From positions 22,070-86,069 of the forward strand of contig CAZWRN010000001.1 in NCBI GenBank assembly GCA_964636275.1: 64,000 bases of DNA, in the 5' to 3' direction. The position numbers were made by a program, and so were the translations under genes. Within the stretch, counting starts at the first letter, position 1, and each line of letters opens with the position of its first letter. This document shows, piece by piece, positions 9,743 to 18,421 of the stretch. The stretch comes from an uncultured Gammaproteobacteria bacterium. Lineage in GTDB: Bacteria; Patescibacteriota; Microgenomatia; Daviesbacterales; UBA10151. The notes beneath the pieces are model-generated. The model saw only the letters and a list, made by a program, of their open reading frames with translations. It searched no databases and was not told the DNA's origin.

Positions 9743-10081
9743 ATGCATCAGACAATTCATCAATACAGAGAGCAGATCCTGCAAAAAACATATGACGTCA
9801 TGACCCAGGCTGTTGAAAATGGGACACTCCAAGAAGAAGACATCTCACCAATGGCAGATTTTATTTTAGAGAGAGTTGATAAACTCACCACATATGATCA
9901 GGTAATCGGTTTTTTTCATTTACTAGCTTTGAAATGGCCTATCTTCTCCTCTTTATCTGTCGAAACAGAGGGTAAGCTGCAGGAAAAAGTTGAATCTCAT
10001 GTAAGAGATAGTATGTTATCATTGATAAAGGAAGGAAAGGTTGACGAAGCTGTCCAAATAGGACAGGCTTTGCATAAATAA
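9743..10081 (+). CDS. Small acidic helical hypothetical protein
   Basis: 112-aa ORF abutting the next gene. Confidence 0.75.
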   Translation: MHQTIHQYREQILQKTYDVMTQAVENGTLQEEDISPMADFILERVDKLTTYDQVIGFFHLLALKWPIFSSLSVETEGKLQEKVESHVRDSMLSLIKEGKVDEAVQIGQALHK

Positions 10082-11920
10082 ATGGCGATTGATTCAAGAG
10101 AAGCTGGTGCAGCATTTGCAGCCGGAGCTCAACCAGAATTAACAAAAACAAAGCGAGCGGGTACTTTTCGTTCCCGTGATTTTGAAGACCGTTCTCGTAG
10201 ACTTGCTCAAAAAGATGCAGTAGGGGCTCGTGAGGCTTGGAGGAGGGAAACAGATAATAAAATAAAAAAGGACGCTCGAATACAAGCTGTAGATTCAAAT
10301 ATTGGCTTTGATGCTAAACGTGATGCGGGAGGTAAAAGAGAATCTACTGGCGATGCTCGTCTCGATAACCAGATTCAAAGAACTGAACAATTGTTTGATA
10401 TTGCTCAAAATATTTCAGAAATGGGCGATTTTTCCAAAATTGAAGCAGAATTTGACCGCCTCGGACTGACTGATATAGTAATCAAACAATATGACAAAAT
10501 CCCCCAGCTCAAACCAATTGCCGATATTTTAAAAGATACTAATACGGCTACTCGGCTTCCCGATGCTCAAAGAAAAGAATTGATTCGTCATCTAGTTGCT
10601 GACCACGATTTTGCTAAACATATGATGGATCGGCTTAAACCACTGATGAAGGAAGGTGTTGTACCTGACTATAATTTACCTGAGATGAGAAAAAAACTGG
10701 CTGAGCTTCAAAAAGAGATGACCGATTTAAATCTAAAAGAAGAGCAGTATCTAGCTCAGAAAAGTGTGTATGTGACAGGAATTACGGATCTCTCTGGGGA
10801 TCCCAACCGAAATATTGAAATTAAAAGAGCTCAAGATTTTATAGATAAGGCCAAGAAAGGCAATGATACTGTCTTCAATAAAGTTGATAAGTATATTGAT
10901 CTCAGAAATAAACGGGCATATTTTGAACATATGAAGTTAAAAGCTACCACCCCTGCTGAAAAAAACGAATGGCAAAGCAAATATGATGCTCTAACTACTG
11001 ATTTTACTAACCTTGATGCTGACCCCCAAATTGTTGCCTCTCGGGGAGCTACTCCTACTGGAATAGCCGATACGATTAAAAACTATATTATTTCCAGAGA
11101 TACTATTGATCTAACCGAAGGTTCTGAATGGACAGATCCGACTGGAAGAAAAGCTACTGAAACAGCCCGACTCACTACGGAAATCGCGGCTCAAAATACA
11201 AAGATTACTGACGCTCAAACAAAGAGAACTCAGGATGAAAATGAATATGTTATAAAAGTTAGGGACGCAATTGGGGAGTCAGCCTACGACACTTTAATCG
11301 GTCGAATGGATGCTAACATGGCTTATATTCAAAAAGAAATTAAGGAATCTGCTGGAGGAGAAATGGGGAAACAATTAAATCGTATCCTTACCAGAGAGGG
11401 CCTGTTTGGAGAAACAGCAGATAGAGGAAAAATCCAAAGTTATTTTAATACTCTGATAGAGTCTGGTGAGGAGGCTGCTATCGATCGGATGAACCTTGAT
11501 CCTGAATTTCAGGAAGAAGTTCTAAATAATCCTGATCTAAAAGCCAAATTTAATGAAACTATTTTATATAATGCGATGAAGTATGGGGGTTTGCGTCGAG
11601 AAAATTTAGACCGAATTATGAATCTTCCCTGGGGGGAAAAGGCTATTAATGATGCACTTAGACGAAATAGTGAGCTGGTTAAATTTGAAGAACAAATGAA
11701 ACAAGCTGGTTTTATGAAAGGCGGAATGGTTGAGTGGTTGAGAAGCGGTAAAAATAAAAACTTAATTGCAGCAGTTATCACAGCTCTTTTAACGGGTGTC
11801 GGTGCTGCCACAGTGGTTGGTCTGGCTTCCATTCCTGCTGCAGGACTGGCTGGTGTGGCGGCTGTGGGTGGAGGAATGATAGGCGGAATGGGGGCAAATA
11901 GACTTGGTGAAGCTGCTTAA
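10082..11920 (+). CDS. Coiled-coil protein with C-terminal Gly/Ala-rich hydrophobic hairpin
   Basis: Helical charged body; C-terminus IAAVITALLTGVGAATVVGLASIPAAGLAGVAAVGGGMIGGMGA. Confidence 0.8.
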   Translation: MAIDSREAGAAFAAGAQPELTKTKRAGTFRSRDFEDRSRRLAQKDAVGAREAWRRETDNKIKKDARIQAVDSNIGFDAKRDAGGKRESTGDARLDNQIQRTEQLFDIAQNISEMGDFSKIEAEFDRLGLTDIVIKQYDKIPQLKPIADILKDTNTATRLPDAQRKELIRHLVADHDFAKHMMDRLKPLMKEGVVPDYNLPEMRKKLAELQKEMTDLNLKEEQYLAQKSVYVTGITDLSGDPNRNIEIKRAQDFIDKAKKGNDTVFNKVDKYIDLRNKRAYFEHMKLKATTPAEKNEWQSKYDALTTDFTNLDADPQIVASRGATPTGIADTIKNYIISRDTIDLTEGSEWTDPTGRKATETARLTTEIAAQNTKITDAQTKRTQDENEYVIKVRDAIGESAYDTLIGRMDANMAYIQKEIKESAGGEMGKQLNRILTREGLFGETADRGKIQSYFNTLIESGEEAAIDRMNLDPEFQEEVLNNPDLKAKFNETILYNAMKYGGLRRENLDRIMNLPWGEKAINDALRRNSELVKFEEQMKQAGFMKGGMVEWLRSGKNKNLIAAVITALLTGVGAATVVGLASIPAAGLAGVAAVGGGMIGGMGANRLGEAA

Positions 11921-11922
11921 AT

Positions 11923-13371
11923 TTATTCCGGATAACATCTAATACAATATCCACACTCCCCAAAATCACTTCCTCCACAATCATCACATTTTGTTTTTTT
12001 AGTACGTGATCTGCTCATTCTATCAACTCCCCAGCCTCCACCACTAAACTGTGTGAAATTGCGGAGAGAATCGGTGATCCTTTGTGTGACTCCTTCTACC
12101 CTACCGGAGCCACTACCTTTACCCCATGTTCCACAGAAAGCGCCAGTGTTGGCTTTCATAGCAGCCAGGGCTTTCAGATCGACCTGATTTTCCTCGACTA
12201 TATCGGCTGAATCTATCCTATGTTGATCTGACTTTTTAAGCATTCTTTCTAGCTTGATATTTTCGATAGTATTTTGGGTTTCTTGGATATATTTATCTTT
12301 GATGTGATCCTGGATCCAATCAGTGGAAATACCTTTTTCAAGCAGATTTACTACCCAATGCGCCACAATGGTCGAAGCTTCATCTTCTAGCCTTTGGCGC
12401 AAAGTCGGATCTTGAACAGCTAGGAACGTTTTCTGATCGATGCCAAACATAGTGCTGCTACCGTCAACCTCAGCTTTAACTTTAAACATCCTCTGATAAA
12501 TCTCATTGTGCGTTAGTGTCCCTTCTTTCATGATACTGGTTCGCATCACTCGGTCGACATCGACGGTCTGAGCAGTTGAATGTTTGCCAAGTCCAGCAAA
12601 GAACTCTTGGCCCTGTAGTTCACGCATGAACTTTTGATACGCCTCAGTGCTCATATCATTTTTGTATGAGTGCATCACCATTTTGCGAATACCCGCCACC
12701 TCAGTAATCTCTCCAACATAGAGATAGCCATATTCACCGTTGTATTTATGTATCATCTCCCCTTCTGATTCTTTGGCTATTGGACTGCCCCAGACCAACG
12801 TATGGGTTTTGGAGGCATTAAAGAATTTGTCAAAATTGGTAAATAGATACTCATTTTGAGTCATGGAGGCCAGGTCATTTTCTCTTCGCCATCCAGTCAG
12901 CGCTTCGGTGACGCTCCGACCAATATAAGCATGCTCAGGGCTGACCATTTTACGGCTGGTGACTCTTTGGCCAGTCGCCTCATCGACGGATTCTTCTTGA
13001 TGTAGCAGATAGGTGTTTTGGGTTGGCGTAATCTGCATCCGAGCTCGAGATTCTAGATCAAAAAAGGTTTTCCCACCCTGAGATAAAGCGGAGATATTTT
13101 CCTGCATCAGGGCTACACCATCTTTTTTGATAGCTTCAAAGGTATAGCGTTTAGCTAATTCTTGGTTACCACCGGATTTTTGGAGATGTTCCTGGTAAAG
13201 CTGAAGATACAAAGAGACATCACATACGAGTAGTTCACCATCACGTTGCTTCAAGGCTTTGCTGACAGACTCCATGCCAAGAGGAGAATTTATGGTGATG
13301 GATCCCCGCCTGCGCGAGGATGCGGGATATAATGAACGACTTTCTGTTCTTTTATCTAATAATGCTGGCAT
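11923..13371 (-). CDS. Hypothetical protein with C-terminal Cys-rich (Zn-ribbon-like) tail
   Basis: 482 aa; ends CDDCGGSDFGECGYCIRC after a Gly-rich linker. Confidence 0.8.
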   Translation of the reverse strand: MPALLDKRTESRSLYPASSRRRGSITINSPLGMESVSKALKQRDGELLVCDVSLYLQLYQEHLQKSGGNQELAKRYTFEAIKKDGVALMQENISALSQGGKTFFDLESRARMQITPTQNTYLLHQEESVDEATGQRVTSRKMVSPEHAYIGRSVTEALTGWRRENDLASMTQNEYLFTNFDKFFNASKTHTLVWGSPIAKESEGEMIHKYNGEYGYLYVGEITEVAGIRKMVMHSYKNDMSTEAYQKFMRELQGQEFFAGLGKHSTAQTVDVDRVMRTSIMKEGTLTHNEIYQRMFKVKAEVDGSSTMFGIDQKTFLAVQDPTLRQRLEDEASTIVAHWVVNLLEKGISTDWIQDHIKDKYIQETQNTIENIKLERMLKKSDQHRIDSADIVEENQVDLKALAAMKANTGAFCGTWGKGSGSGRVEGVTQRITDSLRNFTQFSGGGWGVDRMSRSRTKKTKCDDCGGSDFGECGYCIRCYPE

Positions 13372-13446
13372 ACTAGTACCTAGCTTCGGAGCAAATAGAA
13401 GAAAGTTCTCTTTGACCCGAAGATATTGCCGCCCTTAAAAAAGGAC

Positions 13447-13624
13447 TCGGGAACCAGGCAGTCCGGCTTGAAAAGAGCTTTTAGTTTTCAGCTTCGAGCT
13501 TCTAGTGGTTTTTACTAAAAGCTGAAAGCTGATCGCTGGAAGCTTTCTCTTACGGTTGCGGTACAGCTGCAGAGTCTCACTGCATTCCCCTGGATTAGGT
13601 TGGTCTGATCCAACCCGTTCCCTC
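13447..13624 (-). ncRNA. Cobalamin-riboswitch-like leader
   Basis: Minus strand reads GGGAAC..GGTTGG-ATCAGA-CCAACC-TAATCCAGGGGAA-TGCAGTGAGACTCTGCA-GCTGTACCGCAACCGTAA...AAGCCGGACTGCC..GTTCCC. This follows the cobalamin riboswitch core (GGGAA, T-loop hairpin, CTG.CCGCAAC.GT, B12 box), with a closing GGGAAC/GTTCCC stem. Confidence 0.75.
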
Positions 13625-13640
13625 AAGAATATGGATTACC

Positions 13641-13669
13641 AACTTAGTACTTTTAGTAGACTGAGTCAA
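13641..13669 (-). promoter_or_regulatory. Sigma70 promoter upstream of the riboswitch
   Basis: TTGACT-17 nt-TAAGTT on the minus strand, placing the TSS just ahead of the aptamer. Confidence 0.55.
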
Positions 13670-13969
13670 TACTTGTTTTGAAGTGGATACAGATTAATGG
13701 TTTTGGAAGCCGGTATGGTAGTTGGATGTATGTTTTAGGTTGACCTACTACTAAAACATTTAACCATACTGGCTTCTACACCTTACAACTTATGACAAAC
13801 GCTTGATTCACTTTGAGCGGGTGGACAGTGGATTTTTCACGGGGTATAAAGAATGAAGCCTAGTTACTATAAGGACCTGCTCGCTTATTGGTGAGGAATA
13901 TTATACCAACCGCTCGCAGAACCTTGTTTTTTAAAATCCTTGATTTAAAACTAGGGGAGATTTTAAAAA

Positions 13970-15193
13970 ATGGAACCTGTCTTTCAAGCCCATCCTATAC
14001 CGCAAAATGTGACCAACTTTGAATTTCATTTGGTGGGAGATATGACCATCAAGCAGTTTGGGTATCTGGCTTTGGGACTAGTAATCGCTTTTGTGACGTT
14101 TATCGGACTTGCTTCTTCTTTTCCCTTTATAGCCTATCCTATTATAGTTATTTCAGCAGCAACTGGGGCGGCTTTTGCTTTTATTCCGATTCAAGAAAGG
14201 CCTTTAGATCATTGGGTAGGTGCATTTTTTAAGGCGATCTTTCATCCCACCAAACTGACCTATCAGTCAAAAATTTTAAAAAAAGAGGATCCTTTTTTTT
14301 CGAGAAGATTGTCGCTTTATATCCAAAACAAACACCGAAATCAGGCAGCTAAGTCACTTAGCACCCTGGCTTTAAAGCCAGTGAGCCAAAACCCTTCCGC
14401 CCCACCTTCGAATATGCCTTTATCAAGCACCAGAAAGCCTTCAATGGCTGATCGTCTTTTGTCCGGAGTTCAAACTACAGCTCAGGCACAGCCTGCTTCC
14501 CAGCCTGCAGCGCCTGTTTCACTGGGGACAGTTCCGGCAAGCCCGGTGGTAAAAGAACCACCCAAGCCAACAGATCTGAAGAAAACGGTTGACCTAGCAA
14601 AAGACGCCCAAGAAACTCAGAGTAAAATTTTAAAAATAGAAAAGCAGCTGGAACAGATCAAAGCAACCGTTGCTCAACCAGGAATTGATGCCAAAATATA
14701 TATCGATCAGTTTCAATCGCTGCTGGGAGATTTGCAAAAACTAAATGAACACGCTTCTGGTACCGCCCATGATTTGGCGATCCTGGCCAACTCCCCTGCT
14801 GCTGCAGCCCCCTCAGCTACACCGCCAGCCACAAATACTAGCGAGCCTAAGCCTCAAGTAAGTCCTCAACCAGCTCCCCCAAAAACAGTTCCTTCGGTCA
14901 CTTTGACAACGTTTCCCAATGTAGTAAATGGAGTCGTGACTGACAGCCAGGGCAACTATGTTGAAGGAGCTATTGTGGTTGCACATGACAAACAAGGATT
15001 ACCAGTCCGGGCTTTGCGAAGCAACAAACTGGGACAGTTTGTTGCAGCTACCCCCTTATCCAATGGTATCTATACTATTGTGGTTGAAAAAGACTCGATG
15101 GTCTTTGACAAAGTAGCAGTTGAACTAAAAAATGAAATCCTCCCTCCAATTTTGGTAGCCGCCCGTAAACAACTGCCCGGAGGTACAGCCTAA
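13970..15193 (+). CDS. PrgI-family membrane protein with Pro-rich linker, coiled coil and C-terminal carboxypeptidase-regulatory-like beta domain
   Basis: HPIPQNVTNFEFHLVGDMTIKQF...RPLDHW PrgI signature; C-terminal GVVTDSQGNYVEGAIV...GIYTIVVEK. Confidence 0.8.
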   Translation: MEPVFQAHPIPQNVTNFEFHLVGDMTIKQFGYLALGLVIAFVTFIGLASSFPFIAYPIIVISAATGAAFAFIPIQERPLDHWVGAFFKAIFHPTKLTYQSKILKKEDPFFSRRLSLYIQNKHRNQAAKSLSTLALKPVSQNPSAPPSNMPLSSTRKPSMADRLLSGVQTTAQAQPASQPAAPVSLGTVPASPVVKEPPKPTDLKKTVDLAKDAQETQSKILKIEKQLEQIKATVAQPGIDAKIYIDQFQSLLGDLQKLNEHASGTAHDLAILANSPAAAAPSATPPATNTSEPKPQVSPQPAPPKTVPSVTLTTFPNVVNGVVTDSQGNYVEGAIVVAHDKQGLPVRALRSNKLGQFVAATPLSNGIYTIVVEKDSMVFDKVAVELKNEILPPILVAARKQLPGGTA

Positions 15194-15997
15194 ATGAGTG
15201 CAACGCAAGATTTTTTACCAGTAGAAGACATCCGCGATGATGTAGTGGTGATGAAAGATGGCTCAATGGCGATCGTACTACAAACATCAGCCGTCAATTT
15301 TGATCTACTTTCTGAAACAGAGCAGTTAGCAATTATTGGATCATTTGCAGCTCTTTTAAATTCCCTCTCTTTTTCAATCCAAATAGTAATCCGCTCAAAA
15401 AGACTCGACATATCCAACTACATTCATCTGCTGAAGGATGCCGAGGCTTTGCAAAAAAATCCGCTATTACAAGCGATGATGCAACATTACCGGCAATTTG
15501 TCACCAATATTATTCGAAATAACGAGGTGCTGGATAAACAGTTTTTTGTGGTCATATCAGTTTCTTATTTAGAACTTGGGGTGGTGAAAGATGTGAATAA
15601 AAACTTTGAGAAAGGATTAACCCTACTCTCTCCCAGACGGGATCATATCATGCGTCAGTTGGGGAGGATTGGTCTTAAAACAACCCAGCTGAATACTGAT
15701 AAACTGATAGCGCTTTTTTATGACTATTACAACGATACTTTTAAATCCAGTTTCAAATCAGCTGGGGCTTCATCAAAAACAACGGCTCCATCGCCAACAC
15801 CACCTGCAGTTGCCCCCCAGCCAGTCAAACCGTCCCAGACACCAACAATCACGCAAATGGCGCCAGCTCCCCAGCCCGCACCAGTACAACCAGTATCTCA
15901 GCCAATAACCAATCCGGCTCCACAGACACAGCCTAAACCAGCGGGAGTCCCTCTCAATCGCAATGTGCCATTTGCTGTGGAGGAGTTGGGAGCCTAA
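15194..15997 (+). CDS. Conjugation-type protein resembling a split VirB4 N-terminal module
   Basis: STQDFLPVEDIRDDVV...NFDLLSETEQLAIIGSFAALLNSL, typical of the gene between prgI and virB4; Pro-rich tail. Confidence 0.7.
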   Translation: MSATQDFLPVEDIRDDVVVMKDGSMAIVLQTSAVNFDLLSETEQLAIIGSFAALLNSLSFSIQIVIRSKRLDISNYIHLLKDAEALQKNPLLQAMMQHYRQFVTNIIRNNEVLDKQFFVVISVSYLELGVVKDVNKNFEKGLTLLSPRRDHIMRQLGRIGLKTTQLNTDKLIALFYDYYNDTFKSSFKSAGASSKTTAPSPTPPAVAPQPVKPSQTPTITQMAPAPQPAPVQPVSQPITNPAPQTQPKPAGVPLNRNVPFAVEELGA

Positions 15998-15998
15998 A

Positions 15999-16086
15999 GA
16001 ATAAACCAATAAACAAATAACCCAATGTCAAATTCCCAATTATTGAGAATTTGTTTATTTGAATATTGGATTATTTGTATATTTAT
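15999..16086. repeat. Periodic (8-nt) palindromic element, AATAAACC family, empty form
   Basis: aataaacc-aataaaca-aataaccc-aatgtca-aattccc | aattatt | gagaatt-tgtttatt-tgaatatt-ggattatt-tgtatatt. Confidence 0.85.
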
Positions 16087-16089
16087 AGT

Positions 16090-17880
16090 ATGAACTTACC
16101 TTTTAGCAGTAATAAAAAAAGTTATGCGTCAAATATTAAAGGGACTGCGGCTGAAGCACCGAAAGATCCTAGTGTGAATGGACAAACTTTTAGTTTAGAT
16201 GACGCCATTGCTCCCAAAGAGATCGAAATTGATTTTAGTTATCTACGAATGGATGACAAATACTACCGATCTTTTTTCGTCTCAGGTTATCCCCGCTATG
16301 TTGAACCAAACTGGCTTGAGCCGCTGATTAGTTTTGAACACTCACTAACTCTATCGATGTTTATTTATCCATCATCCAGTAAGAATATTTTGGATGATCT
16401 GAAAAGAAAGATCGCCGAGATGGAGGCTACTATTCAGACAGATATGGAGCGTGGCCGAGCAATAGATCCGGCTGTTCAGGTTGCTTTGGATGATGCTAAA
16501 TCACTCCAAGAACAGTTGGTTAAAGGGGCCGAAAGGTTTTTCCGGCTAGGACTTTATGTCACAGTCCCCTCTTCCAATCTTGAAGAGTTAAACAATATTT
16601 CCAAACTTGTTGAATCAACATTGGGATCTTTATCTATTCAACCTCGGGTGATGACCCTTCAGATGGCTGAAGCTTTTAACGCCACAATGCCGATCGATCG
16701 GGATATTTTAAAGCTCAATCACAACATGGACACAACATCCCTAGCGACAACTTTCCCGTTTACAACTTCAGAGCTGACTTCAGAAACGGGTATTATTTAT
16801 GGCATCAATGAACACAATGGCTCTTTGATTATTTTTGACCGTTTTTCATTGGAAAATGCTAATTCGGTGATTTTTGCTAAGTCCGGATCTGGTAAGTCCT
16901 ACTTTGTCAAACTCGAGGCTTTACGCTATATGATGTTTGGTTCGCAGGTGATTGTGATTGATCCTGAACATGAATATTTAAAGCTCTGTCAGGCTGTGGG
17001 AGGGCAATATATAGATTTTTCATCAGAGTCTCCGGTCAAGATAAATCCCTTTGATCTATCCAATGTCACAGAAGAGGGAGAAAATGAGCTGGGAAGAAAG
17101 ATTCTGACACTTACCGGATTTTTAAAACTCGTCTTGGGCCAGTTGGACGCTTCTCAGCAGGCAATTTTAGACCGGGCTTTGATTACAACGTATCGCCTCA
17201 AAGGAATAACCCAGGACCCAAAAACACAACATTTACCGCCACCATTAATGGAAGATCTCTATAAAGTACTGGTGGGTATGGAAGACAAAAGTGCCCAGGA
17301 GCTGGCTTATCGCCTAGAACGATTTATTAAAGGATCATTAGCTGGTATTTTTAGTGCTCCCTCTAATATTAACTTGAACAATCAGCTGATTGTTTTTTCG
17401 GTTCGTGATTTGGCAGATCAGTTGAGGCCTCTGGCGATGTATCTGATATTGGATTATATCTGGACCAAGATCAGACGAGAGATCTCCAAAAGATTGCTGA
17501 TCGTAGATGAGGCCTGGTACATGATGCAAAATGAGGATTCAGCTGAATTTTTGGTAGGTATAGCCAAAAGAGCCCGCAAATATTATTTAGGAGTTACTAC
17601 AATTACCCAGGATGTGGAAGACTTTTTAGGAACAGATCGTGGAAAGGCGATTATATCCAACTCTTCGATTCAGATATTACTTAAACAAGCTCCGGCCTCT
17701 ATTGGAAAAGTAGCTGAAACTTTTAATTTATCTGATGGGGAAAAATTGTTGTTGCTCTCAGCTGGAGTAGGACAAGGACTCTTCTTTGCCGGACAAACCC
17801 ATGTCGCGATGAGTGTAGTTGCTTCTCCAGAAGAACATCGACTGATCACCACCAATCCGTCTGAAGTGTTTAAGAAATAA
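16090..17880 (+). CDS. virB4: VirB4/TraC-like T4SS ATPase
   Basis: Walker A AKSGSGKS, VIDPEHEY, INPFD, Walker B LLIVDEAW, RARKY, TQD. Start corrected to ATG 16090 because the ORF-track start lies inside a repeat. Confidence 0.88.
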   Translation: MNLPFSSNKKSYASNIKGTAAEAPKDPSVNGQTFSLDDAIAPKEIEIDFSYLRMDDKYYRSFFVSGYPRYVEPNWLEPLISFEHSLTLSMFIYPSSSKNILDDLKRKIAEMEATIQTDMERGRAIDPAVQVALDDAKSLQEQLVKGAERFFRLGLYVTVPSSNLEELNNISKLVESTLGSLSIQPRVMTLQMAEAFNATMPIDRDILKLNHNMDTTSLATTFPFTTSELTSETGIIYGINEHNGSLIIFDRFSLENANSVIFAKSGSGKSYFVKLEALRYMMFGSQVIVIDPEHEYLKLCQAVGGQYIDFSSESPVKINPFDLSNVTEEGENELGRKILTLTGFLKLVLGQLDASQQAILDRALITTYRLKGITQDPKTQHLPPPLMEDLYKVLVGMEDKSAQELAYRLERFIKGSLAGIFSAPSNINLNNQLIVFSVRDLADQLRPLAMYLILDYIWTKIRREISKRLLIVDEAWYMMQNEDSAEFLVGIAKRARKYYLGVTTITQDVEDFLGTDRGKAIISNSSIQILLKQAPASIGKVAETFNLSDGEKLLLLSAGVGQGLFFAGQTHVAMSVVASPEEHRLITTNPSEVFKK

Positions 17881-17938
17881 GAAGAGACGATAGATGATCG
17901 AAGATAGGGGTAGAAGGTAGATGATAGCAGGTAGATAC
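17881..17938. repeat. 7-nt periodic repeat arm (GATAGAW) flanking the four-helix-bundle gene
   Basis: gataga-tgatcga-agatagg-ggtagaa-ggtagat-gatagca-ggtagat. Confidence 0.8.
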
Positions 17939-17940
17939 TT

Positions 17941-18303
17941 TTAGTAACTTTTCCATTTATCTCTTAAATTTACAATCTTTCCTCCCACTAACTCATATCG
18001 CTTAATTAGTTCGCTACATTTCTCTTGATCTAGATACTTCAAATCTTTTGCTATATTTAAATGTACTTCCATCTCATTACAGGATCCCAATGCTCTATCT
18101 AGTGATACCTTGAATTCTTTCTCAAAGCGTCTTTTCGCCCATCCTTCAGCAATATTTGCAGGAGGAGACTTAGTACATCTTCTCATTTGAGAAGCCAGAT
18201 CATTCTTTTCAAAAGATGGAAGCAATACACACAACTTCATTACTTCGATAGCCAACTCATAACATTCTTTATATACATCTAAATCCTTGAAGCTCTGAAT
18301 CAT
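17941..18303 (-). CDS. Four helix bundle protein (23S rRNA-IVP / TIGR02436 / Avd-like)
   Basis: SFKDLDVY...LP..EK..L.SQMRR...S..ANIAEGW...F...L..ALGS..E...HL..AKDL.YL signature. Confidence 0.92.
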   Translation of the reverse strand: MIQSFKDLDVYKECYELAIEVMKLCVLLPSFEKNDLASQMRRCTKSPPANIAEGWAKRRFEKEFKVSLDRALGSCNEMEVHLNIAKDLKYLDQEKCSELIKRYELVGGKIVNLRDKWKSY

Positions 18304-18381
18304 ATCTGCGGATTCTATAAGTTCTATTCTCTATTTTCAATCCTCCACCACTATTTTCTATCTTCAATACTCTATTTTCTT
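18304..18381. repeat. 7-nt periodic repeat arm (CTATTTT/CTATCTT), inverted partner of 17881-17938
   Basis: tattctc-tattttc-aatcctc-caccac-tattttc-tatcttc-aatactc-tattttc. Confidence 0.8.
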
Positions 18382-18421
18382 TAAGTTGTCTCTCCTCCAT
18401 CTTTTCAGCTAAACTAGAGGC

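Noticed and set aside
13435-13626. 63-aa ORF on the minus strand
   Set aside because: It coincides with the riboswitch-like RNA and its hairpin insert; no protein features.
13800-13930. RNase P RNA (CAGAACC near the end)
   Set aside because: No GAGGAAAGTCC core and the region is too short; kept only as an unassigned structured region.
17941-18303. Diversity-generating retroelement (Avd-like gene)
   Set aside because: No reverse transcriptase and no TR/VR pair with adenine-specific mismatches seen in the window.
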